Positions 1-6,783 of a DNA stretch of 54,873 nucleotides are shown here, piece after piece. Source of the stretch: a virus (taxonomy: Duplodnaviria > Caudoviricetes). The stretch is taken from the IMG/VR virus record IMGVR_UViG_3300031576_000054, positions 1 through 54,873 of that record; one strand, given 5' to 3'. The notes beneath the pieces were generated by a model. It did not search any database. It saw only the letters and a list, made by a program, of their open reading frames with translations, and was not told the DNA's origin. Numbering within the stretch: position 1 is the stretch's first letter; each line of letters begins with the position of its first letter. The position numbers were made by a program, and so were the translations under genes.

Positions 1-270
1 CCCTGCTCCATGCGCCGGTTCACGGCCGCTTCGATCACCAGCCACCGCGCTGACCTCCTGCGTGGTAAACTTCCTGAAAAAAAATCAACCGCGTGTGGAG
101 ACAATGATGTTACGCGTGGGAGCGGCTGACCTGGTGCCGCCTTTGGACCGCCCCCCGGGGGTCTGGGAATGCACGTTTTGTAGTGGAGCCGTGCATTCGC
201 CCGTTCCGGCACCTGGACCTACGGGCTATGTAGCCCGCGCGGCTCCTACTGTGCGGGTGCGCCTGCGGAG
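1..270. repeat. Terminal direct repeat, left copy
   Basis: 1-270 matches 54604-54873 except one substitution (T63 vs C) and two compensating homopolymer length differences (A8/A9, C6/C5). Confidence 0.95.
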
Positions 271-445
271 CCTACATCGTCCTCCACTCCAGGACGTCAT
301 TCCTTCGTGTGGTGATCCGGTCGTACATGTACATCATCGGCGCGGGTTGCTGCGCCTGTCGGTTCAGCCCCACGTGCGTCGGGAACGGACGACCCGACAG
401 CGGTGGGTGAGTGGCCCTCGCTTGAGGCTCGCTGCGGCTCGCGGA
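77..445 (-). ncRNA. Candidate ~370-nt structured non-coding RNA
   Basis: Lies between a leftward sigma70 promoter (452-480) and a stem plus U8 tract (77-84); many short inverted repeats; no - strand ORF of 60 aa or more. Confidence 0.4.
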
Positions 446-451
446 TGCTCG

Positions 452-480
452 AGCGTAGCACTCATATTATGAGAAGTCAA
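452..480 (-). promoter_or_regulatory. Leftward sigma70 promoter with palindromic operator
   Basis: TTGACT-N17-TACGCT with TGn extension; spacer contains the inverted repeat CTCATA-T-TATGAG (461-473). Confidence 0.65.
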
Positions 481-497
481 GGTCAAAGATGCTACCA

Positions 498-561
498 TTA
501 CCTTTCCGTGCCATAATGTTACCTTTTCGGGACCACTTTGTTACCGTTCGGTATACCACCG
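498..561 (+). repeat. Three phased imperfect direct repeats (21-22 bp period)
   Basis: TTACC at 498, 519 and 541, each followed by related sequence (TTACCTTTCCGTGCCA / TTACCTTTTCGGGACCA / TTACCGTTCGGTATACCA). Confidence 0.6.
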
Positions 562-614
562 TTCAACTGAAGCCGTTATCTCTCACGCCCTGCGTCCGCA
601 GGCTGATTATCGAG

Positions 615-631
615 TTGGTACACCAATTGCT
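615..631 (+). promoter_or_regulatory. Sigma54 (RpoN) -24/-12 promoter
   Basis: TTGGTACACCAATTGCT = GG-N10-GC, close to the TGGCAC-N5-TTGCW consensus; directly upstream of the + strand gene cluster. Confidence 0.65.
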
Positions 632-798
632 ACCACTCTCAATCGCGTCCGGCAATAGGGCCGCCGCTGAAGGAGAAGGGGTAACAGTTCCGCCCCGCCC
701 CGGGGCATGTACCGGGGCTCCCGCCCGCTCCCGGAGGGAGCGCGCGAGACTGGCGCGCCGGGACGCTCTCCCGGCAACGGCTCATCGGAGGCTACCCG

Positions 799-1002
799 AT
801 GGACGCCAAAACCCCACTGCGACGCTACATGGAATTGCTCGCGCAGGCGGATTGCTGCGACCGCCACGCCGTCGACCTGGAGCGGTGCGGCTGCGACCGG
901 CTGGCGTCGTACGCCCGCGCGCGCGCGTGTCGGCTCACTGGCGAGGCGCTCGACCTGCACGACCAGATGCTCGCCGGGACCACCGGCGGGGGTGCGGCAT
1001 GA
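799..1002 (+). CDS. Hypothetical protein (67 aa)
   Basis: GGAGG SD; ATGA overlap with the next gene. Confidence 0.7.
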   Translation: MDAKTPLRRYMELLAQADCCDRHAVDLERCGCDRLASYARARACRLTGEALDLHDQMLAGTTGGGAA

Positions 1003-1235
1003 GCCTACTCGCGCTTGTCCGTCTCAACTGGTCCGATTCGTCGGGGCGGACGTACCGTGTCCGACTCCCGCGTTACGCCGCATACGAGCTTGCCGAGGCG
1101 CTCGTGTCGCGCTGCGCAATTCCCGATGTAACCCTCGATCTTGGTAACAGACTCACGGTCTGCACCATCGAGCCGCAACATGGCGGCTTCCGTTGGATCG
1201 ACCCCGCCAGCGGGCCGGTAGGGAGGATTGCATGA
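999..1235 (+). CDS. Hypothetical protein (78 aa, MSLLALVRL...)
   Basis: ATGA coupling at both ends. Confidence 0.7.
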   Translation: MSLLALVRLNWSDSSGRTYRVRLPRYAAYELAEALVSRCAIPDVTLDLGNRLTVCTIEPQHGGFRWIDPASGPVGRIA

Positions 1236-1474
1236 CCTCGCCCGACGGACTCGTCACGCTCGCCCTGGATGACGCGCCGGCCGACGCGCGAGAGCACCTA
1301 CAGGCGGCGGTTTACGCGCACGTGTGCCGCGAATGGCCGTGCGCGACGGCTGGCGAAAGGGAATGCATCCTAACCTCGCTTCTCCTGTCCGCCCGGTTCG
1401 TGATGGACGGCCAAGCCGGGACCGAGGACCACCGCGCCGCTCTCGAAACCCATTCGTGGAGGCTCGCAGCATGA
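1232..1474 (+). CDS. Hypothetical protein (80 aa)
   Basis: GGAGG SD; ATGA coupling. Confidence 0.7.
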   Translation: MTSPDGLVTLALDDAPADAREHLQAAVYAHVCREWPCATAGERECILTSLLLSARFVMDGQAGTEDHRAALETHSWRLAA

Positions 1475-1653
1475 GCGCCACTAACTACGCCGACAAGTGC
1501 GCCGCCACGAAAGCCCGGTACTTGGCCGTGGCGCGGGCGCGGTACGAAAACGCGCTACGGGTGTGGGTGCGTTCTGACGCCCGCGTCGAAATCTGTGAAG
1601 GCGGGTGCTTCGTCGCCGCGCTTGTGTGGATCGACAAAACCGAGGTGCCGTAG
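1471..1653 (+). CDS. Hypothetical protein (60 aa, MSATNYADK...)
   Basis: GGAGG SD; ATGA coupling. Confidence 0.7.
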   Translation: MSATNYADKCAATKARYLAVARARYENALRVWVRSDARVEICEGGCFVAALVWIDKTEVP

Positions 1654-1665
1654 GAGATTCAGACC

Positions 1666-2325
1666 ATGACTCCCGAATCCGCAACGTTCCACGGCGCGCC
1701 CGCCGTGTTCGACACCGCCGGAGCTTTCCGGCTGATTCACCTCGACAACCCGGACGCCGACACGCGCGCGCGCCGCATCGGGATGGTGTCCGACGGCTCG
1801 TACTTCGTCGACGACTGCCCCGTCTGCCGGGAACAGAAAGAGCGCGGCGGCGATGTCGTATTCGAGGCCGAGGAGGAATGGGACGAAATCGCCGACGAAC
1901 CGCCGGACCTGCCCGAGCCGATCCCGTCGGGCCTGTGGACTCGAACCTACATCGACGCCGGCGCACCGTACGCCAACGCACGCGAGGAAATCCATGCGCT
2001 CTGCGCTGGCGTCGCGTTCTGCGGCCTGGAACTCATCGACGACCTGGCCGGAACCGAGAACCCCGAACGTTGGACGGGCTCGCTGTCGTACTTCGCCAAG
2101 GGCTTCGCGCGGTTCGCGCCCGCGCTGGCGGGAGTGGATCGGCTGGACCAGGTCGAATCCCGCAACCTAGGCGGCCTGTGCTTCCAGGTCCGGTCGTTCC
2201 TGGGATGGTTCGGCGAGGGTGCGCCCACGCTGGCGACCAAGTGCGCCGACCTCGACCGCACCTGTGCGCGCTTGGTCGATGCGCTCAAGCGCTTCGAGGA
2301 TGAGGAGACCTCCAAGGCGGGGTAA
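1666..2325 (+). CDS. Hypothetical acidic protein with CxxC (219 aa)
   Basis: AGGAG SD; protein-like composition; GC3-rich codons. Confidence 0.8.
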   Translation: MTPESATFHGAPAVFDTAGAFRLIHLDNPDADTRARRIGMVSDGSYFVDDCPVCREQKERGGDVVFEAEEEWDEIADEPPDLPEPIPSGLWTRTYIDAGAPYANAREEIHALCAGVAFCGLELIDDLAGTENPERWTGSLSYFAKGFARFAPALAGVDRLDQVESRNLGGLCFQVRSFLGWFGEGAPTLATKCADLDRTCARLVDALKRFEDEETSKAG

Positions 2326-2422
2326 CGGCGTCCCATGCCTGCCGCCCGGGGGCGGAAACCGGACGGCAGTTTGAGACGCCGCGCGCCGTGCGCGGCACCC
2401 AACACCCATCGGAGGCTACCCG

Positions 2423-2665
2423 ATGAAAACCAGACTCGGACCCCTGAATCGGACGCAGATGGCGGAGCGGCTCTTGGTCGCGGAGGCCCTGCGCTCCCTG
2501 CTCGCCCTGGGTGCCGCCGTGACCGTCACCCATCACACGGGATTCGTATGGGTGCGTGTGCAGGTGGGCACCGACTTCGACCGCACCCTGTCCGGCGACG
2601 GCATCCGCTCCGCCTTGGTCAACGCCCTGCTCGCCGTCCGCCCCGGACGCCAGGAGGCCGCATGA
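2423..2665 (+). CDS. Hypothetical protein (80 aa)
   Basis: Same CATCGGAGGCTACCCGATG leader as the gene at 799. Confidence 0.75.
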   Translation: MKTRLGPLNRTQMAERLLVAEALRSLLALGAAVTVTHHTGFVWVRVQVGTDFDRTLSGDGIRSALVNALLAVRPGRQEAA

Positions 2666-3018
2666 GAATCTTCCAGGAAGCAACGAGACTAGCCATGCAA
2701 AAAGTGCCGCGCGGCACCGTGGCGGCCCAGTCGCAGGCGTTCGGCCGAATTCACCGCGAACCACTCCTCTACGGACTGGACGGACTGCTCCGGTACGCCC
2801 TCGCGTACCGGATGCACTTTGGCTCTCCGCTCGCGGATGACAGCGTGCTCGGGCCGAGCTGGCTCCGGGCCGCGAAAGGCTTGCGTGGCCTGCTCAACGG
2901 GGATGGCGCGGCGGCTATGGAGCACGACCGCTCGACGGACTCGAAAGATAATGGTGCCTTGGAGGATATCTTTTGGGCCGCGATGGAAGCGGCAGGATTC
3001 GGCGAGGAGGCATCATGA
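2662..3018 (+). CDS. Hypothetical protein (118 aa, MRIFQEATR...)
   Basis: AGGAGG SD; ATGA coupling. Confidence 0.75.
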   Translation: MRIFQEATRLAMQKVPRGTVAAQSQAFGRIHREPLLYGLDGLLRYALAYRMHFGSPLADDSVLGPSWLRAAKGLRGLLNGDGAAAMEHDRSTDSKDNGALEDIFWAAMEAAGFGEEAS

Positions 3019-3209
3019 CCATTCTCATCGAAATCTGTTGCGACAACGCCGCATTCGAGAACGAACCCGGCCGCGAGATAGCACGCATCCTGTGTCGCCT
3101 CGCCTATGATTTCGGCAGGTGGGATGGGGCCGTCTATCCCGAGGTTCCGCAGCTCCGCGACATCAACGGCAACGCCGTAGGCAAAGTGACTTGGAGAACG
3201 GAGACATAG
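3015..3209 (+). CDS. Conserved small phage protein (DNAAF...EIARIL...LRDINGNAVG)
   Basis: GAGGAGG SD; motif pattern recalled from phage early-region hypotheticals. Confidence 0.75.
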   Translation: MTILIEICCDNAAFENEPGREIARILCRLAYDFGRWDGAVYPEVPQLRDINGNAVGKVTWRTET

Positions 3210-3273
3210 CGCACCCGACCGGACGCCCCGGCACAGCGGGACGCCCCATCGGTTGCATTTTGGAGGATCGACC

Positions 3274-3459
3274 GTGTACGTCATTCAACGCACCGACCAA
3301 CGCAGAGGATTCGTCGCGCGCTCGGGAAGCGCGCGATCCTACACCAAGGATCTACGCCAAGCCCGCGTGTACACGACGCGAGAGCAGGCGGAGGCCGACC
3401 GATGCCCAGGGAACGAAATCGTTCGCTCCGTCAATTCCCTTTTGGAGGACCGACCGTGA
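3274..3459 (+). CDS. Hypothetical protein (61 aa)
   Basis: GGAGG SD with GTG start; GTGA coupling. Confidence 0.7.
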   Translation: MYVIQRTDQRRGFVARSGSARSYTKDLRQARVYTTREQAEADRCPGNEIVRSVNSLLEDRP

Positions 3460-3971
3460 CACGCAAAGCCGCACCGCTTCCGCCCTGCCCGTTCAAGACG
3501 GGCGAGCGGGTCAGATGGACGACGAAGGACGAAGAGGGGACGGGTGCCGTGAGCTTGGTCGGCTGGCTTCCGTTCCCCGGATGCTGGAGCTTCGAAGTTC
3601 GGGACGACGCGACGGGCGAGACGGTCCGACCGAGGAGCTTGGAGATCCTCGACAACCCGACCGCCGGGACGGTTGCGCCGCCCGCGCCGGACAGTGAGCC
3701 CCCGGACGAGCACGGCGGGGAGCCGGAGGAGAAGCCGGAGCCCCGCGCGAAGGCAACCGCCAAGCGTGCCTCCGGCTCCAATTCGTGGGGCGCTCATCCG
3801 TGGAACCGGCGCGACTACTGCGCGTCGGCGTTCTGCGGGTCGGCCAAGGAGAGGCCCGGCCCGGACGGGGAAGGCTACTGCGCATTCCACGCCGACTTTC
3901 TGACCGACCTGGAGGAGAGCCGGAAAGCCAAGGCTGCGGCGAAGGGTAGCCGCAGAAAGGGGGCTGCATGA
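3456..3971 (+). CDS. Hypothetical protein: SH3-like N-terminus, Pro/Glu linker, Cys/His C-terminus
   Basis: FKTGERVRW beta-barrel pattern; CxxxxC...CxxH; GGAGG SD. Confidence 0.7.
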   Translation: MTRKAAPLPPCPFKTGERVRWTTKDEEGTGAVSLVGWLPFPGCWSFEVRDDATGETVRPRSLEILDNPTAGTVAPPAPDSEPPDEHGGEPEEKPEPRAKATAKRASGSNSWGAHPWNRRDYCASAFCGSAKERPGPDGEGYCAFHADFLTDLEESRKAKAAAKGSRRKGAA

Positions 3972-4089
3972 CAGCGACCGAAATCAAGACCACGCTGGAC
4001 GGGTTCTCCGGGACGGATGGCGAGTAACCGCGTCCGCTGCGCCGCCCCCGTGCGATGGGGACGGCACGGCAGGCTCGGAAAGGAGTCCC

Positions 4090-4314
4090 ATGAAAACCCG
4101 ATCACCGTCCCGCCGTCGCACGGCGACGATCACGGTCCGCTTGCCCATCGCCCTGCGAGAGGCCGTCCGCGCGCGCGCCACCACGAGAGGCCAGACCCTC
4201 AACGCCTGGCTCGTGCGCGAGCTGGCCGCGCTCGTGGGCTGGACGGCGCCCGAGGCCCTCGCGCCGATCGCCCCCCGAGAGGCCGACCTGGCCGGCGAGG
4301 GGAGGCCACGATGA
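4090..4314 (+). CDS. Ribbon-helix-helix (Arc/HicB-like) DNA-binding protein
   Basis: TITVRLPIALREAVRARA...GQTLNAWLVREL pattern; AAGGAG SD. Confidence 0.75.
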   Translation: MKTRSPSRRRTATITVRLPIALREAVRARATTRGQTLNAWLVRELAALVGWTAPEALAPIAPREADLAGEGRPR

Positions 4315-4964
4315 GCAAGCGCAAGCCCTGGATCGTTAAGCGCCAAGACGTCCCCGAGCTCGACGACTTCCGCCGCCTGGAAGCCGCCGGAGAGGCCGAC
4401 AGCGCCCGCAACCGCGCGCTCCTCGCGCTCCTCGCTCACTCCGGCCTGCGCCGCCGAGAGGCCAGCCGCCTGGACTGCCAAGACCTGCACCTCGCCGACC
4501 GCCCGCCCTACCTGATGGTCCGCGACGGAAAGGGCTCGAAGGATCGCCAGGTCCCGCTCGCCCAACACGTAGCCGACGACCTCCTTGTGTTTCTCGGTGC
4601 CCGCCGGCAGGGGCCCGTGTTCGTGTCCCGAGGCGGCGGGAGAGGCCGGAGAGGCTGTCGGCTGTCGGGCTCGCAGGTCTACCGCGTGGTCAAAGCGCTC
4701 GCCGCGCGCGCCGGCCTGCCCGATGTCCACCCCCACAGCCTGCGCCACCTCTACGCCACGACCCACATCCTCGCCGGCACCCCGCTCCACACCGTCAGCC
4801 AGTACCTCGGCCATGCCGGCATCGGGGTGACGAAGACCTACCTCCACACCCTCGACACGATGAATGCCGTCTACCCAGAACGCCAAGCGCAGGTCCTGCG
4901 CGACGGGCCGTCGATGTCCGACCTGCTCAAGGGCGGGGCAGCGCAGGCATCGACCGCGCCGTGA
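4311..4964 (+). CDS. Tyrosine recombinase/integrase, catalytic domain only (217 aa)
   Basis: SGLRRRE (R), GKGSKDR (K), HSLRH (HxxR), LGH...TKTY (H, Y); GGAGG SD before ATG at 4311. Confidence 0.92.
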   Translation: MSKRKPWIVKRQDVPELDDFRRLEAAGEADSARNRALLALLAHSGLRRREASRLDCQDLHLADRPPYLMVRDGKGSKDRQVPLAQHVADDLLVFLGARRQGPVFVSRGGGRGRRGCRLSGSQVYRVVKALAARAGLPDVHPHSLRHLYATTHILAGTPLHTVSQYLGHAGIGVTKTYLHTLDTMNAVYPERQAQVLRDGPSMSDLLKGGAAQASTAP

Positions 4965-5205
4965 CGATCCCGGGCTCTGGCGCCGCCGTCTGCTGCAGCG
5001 TCGGCACGATGACGGTGTGGACGCGGGCGACCTCGAGTAGCCCTCCAGCACCGATGGGCGACGGCGCGTTGGTCCTGACCGCGATCGCGCCGTCCACGCA
5101 CGCCGCAGCCAAGACGAAATATGCTACCCTTTCGATCCTGCAGAACTCCGTCCCGTCAGGCCGGTAGACGATCACGCTGAACTCGGGCGGGAGCGGGAGT
5201 CCCAT
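4927..5205 (-). CDS. Hypothetical protein (92 aa, MGLPLPPEF...)
   Basis: GAGGAGG SD; overlaps the recombinase gene tail-to-tail. Confidence 0.65.
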   Translation of the reverse strand: MGLPLPPEFSVIVYRPDGTEFCRIERVAYFVLAAACVDGAIAVRTNAPSPIGAGGLLEVARVHTVIVPTLQQTAAPEPGIVTARSMPALPRP

Positions 5206-5221
5206 CGCGTCCTCCTCGTAG

Positions 5222-5247
5222 AAAAAAGGCCGCCCTTGCGAGCGGCC
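5222..5247 (-). terminator. Intrinsic terminator
   Basis: GGCCGCTC-GCAA-GGGCGGCC followed by T6. Confidence 0.8.
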
Positions 5248-5368
5248 GAACGGCCTGGCACCACCGGGTTCCAGGGTGACGGTCAAGCCCGTCTGCAGGA
5301 CCGGCTTCGACCTCCCCCACCGGGAGAGGCGGGCTTCCGCATTGCGGCTGCGCCGGACCCGAGTCCGC
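5222..5368 (-). ncRNA. Candidate ~150-nt structured sRNA or attenuator leader
   Basis: AT-rich promoter-like segment at 5372-5401 (TTGAAC-N18-TAACAT, TG extension), several stems, ends in a terminator. Confidence 0.45.
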
Positions 5369-5483
5369 TGGATGTTACCATATTGATACTTTCTGGTTCA
5401 AGGCAATGTTGCGCTACGGTAACAAATCCTGTCGAGCGCCACAATGCCCCAGGATCAACGAGCCAGACGAGAAGGGAATTCCC

Positions 5484-5696
5484 CTACAACTCCCCCGTCA
5501 AGTCTCGGCTTTTCCCCGGTTCCCGTGCCCTGTGTCCCCCGAGCCGCCTCCGGTAGTCCGACACGGCCTGCCGACTGATCCCCAGCGCCCGGGCAACGGC
5601 GGCGTCAGGGTAGCGGCCAAACCCGGCCAGCCGGTAGCGCAGCGCCGTCGCCTTGTCCCGCCCCGGCGGACGGCCGGACCTTCCTTTGCGGCCCAT
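5484..5696 (-). CDS. Helix-turn-helix protein
   Basis: PDAAVARALGISRQAVSDYRRRLG. Confidence 0.75.
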   Translation of the reverse strand: MGRKGRSGRPPGRDKATALRYRLAGFGRYPDAAVARALGISRQAVSDYRRRLGGHRAREPGKSRDLTGEL

Positions 5697-5698
5697 CT

Positions 5699-5866
5699 TC
5701 ACCCCCTGCCGGATCGCACGTCCTCGAACCGGCCGCAGGTCCGACGGAAAAACAGCTCCACCGTCTTGCGCACGCCCTGCGCCCAGCCCTCCAGCCGGTT
5801 CACGTCCTCGTCGGACGACAGCGGCGCCGATTGGTCGCGCAGGAATTTCGCGGTCTGTAGCGGCAC
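5699..5866 (-). CDS. Hypothetical protein (55 aa, MPLQTAKFLRDQ...; below ORF-track cut-off)
   Basis: Hand translation; GGAG SD with GTG start; fills the gap in the operon. Confidence 0.55.
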   Translation of the reverse strand: MPLQTAKFLRDQSAPLSSDEDVNRLEGWAQGVRKTVELFFRRTCGRFEDVRSGRG

Positions 5867-5972
5867 CAGCGCCTACTCCATCAAACCAAGAAACTTATGA
5901 ACACGCTTTCGCGGTTGATCGCCTTCAGGAGGAGCGGACCGTAGATCTTGGCCACCAATCTGTCAAGCGGCG

Positions 5973-6176
5973 TCAAAGGCGGCCTGCGCTTGCAGAGGAA
6001 ACGCCCCGTCCGCCGGCTTCCGTGTAGTAGACCAGGACGCGCGGGGCCGTCCCCGTCACGTCCACGTAGATGCCCAGGGGCGACTCGACGAAATCGGCCC
6101 CCGGCGGCCCGATCCAGACGGCGGAGCCGTCCTGCGACCGCCCGGCCGCGATCGCGCGCCCGCTGCGGCCTCCCAT
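5973..6176 (-). CDS. Hypothetical protein (67 aa)
   Basis: GGGAGG SD. Confidence 0.55.
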   Translation of the reverse strand: MGGRSGRAIAAGRSQDGSAVWIGPPGADFVESPLGIYVDVTGTAPRVLVYYTEAGGRGVSSASAGRL

Positions 6177-6216
6177 TGTCCTCCCGATCGCACACTCACA
6201 CGATTGCTTCACTCAT

Positions 6217-6783
6217 TTACCAGAACCGGTGCGCCCATGCCTCCTGATAGGCTCTCTCCAATCTTGGATCATCGCCGTTTGCGCCGTCATCGGTTTCGAT
6301 ACCGCATGCCCTACGGCATATTCTTTCGCCCCTTCCCTCAAACTCAAACCCGATCTTCCCGCATTTAGGACACAGGCAAAATCGGTGGTCGCAATCCCAA
6401 CACACTATCCTTTCACCGTCCCGAGGGCCGCTTTCCGCCACGTAAAAGTCCCAAACCGCAGCGGAACCCGACTCGATCATGGCGCAAGATTGCGGGAAAG
6501 GGCCATGCTGCAAGCCAACATCCTTCTCCGTCATCGCACACAATTCGCCACAGAACGCCGACTCCAAGGCGTTGGGCCTCTCCCACTTGATCTCGAACCA
6601 CATTCCTCCACGCACGGTCGGCAGGAAGAAATCGGGGACATACCAGCCCGACGGAACCTGGAAACCTTCGGCCTCGTACTGCCAAGGAAGCCGAATGAGA
6701 TCGAAGAACAGTGCCCATCGAGCTTCCAGCCGCGAGCGGAACTCGACGCCGGCATACGTCGTCGGGATGTTCTTGAGTTTCAT
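6217..6783 (-). CDS. PD-(D/E)XK nuclease-family protein
   Basis: YAGVEFRSRLEARWA...WQYE...YVPDF...FEIK; ATGA-coupled to the helicase gene. Confidence 0.85.
   Translation of the reverse strand: MKLKNIPTTYAGVEFRSRLEARWALFFDLIRLPWQYEAEGFQVPSGWYVPDFFLPTVRGGMWFEIKWERPNALESAFCGELCAMTEKDVGLQHGPFPQSCAMIESGSAAVWDFYVAESGPRDGERIVCWDCDHRFCLCPKCGKIGFEFEGRGERICRRACGIETDDGANGDDPRLERAYQEAWAHRFW

Noticed and set aside
318-342. Hammerhead-like CCGATGA-stem-GAC on the - strand
   Set aside because: The core lacks CUGA and GAAA.
179-372. tmRNA/tRNA-Ala-like acceptor stem on the - strand (GGGGCTG ... CGGCTCC-A-CTA with a G3-U pair)
   Set aside because: No T-arm GTTCRA, no GATTCGAC after the 5' end, no CCA, and the span is only ~190 nt.
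498-561. Possible mini-CRISPR array
   Set aside because: Repeats are contiguous and degenerate with no unique spacers; no cas genes.
62-998. ORF 62-472 and the 5' extension of ORF 489-1235
   Set aside because: They overlap promoters, repeats and hairpins and lack an SD; the real gene starts at 999 by ATGA coupling.
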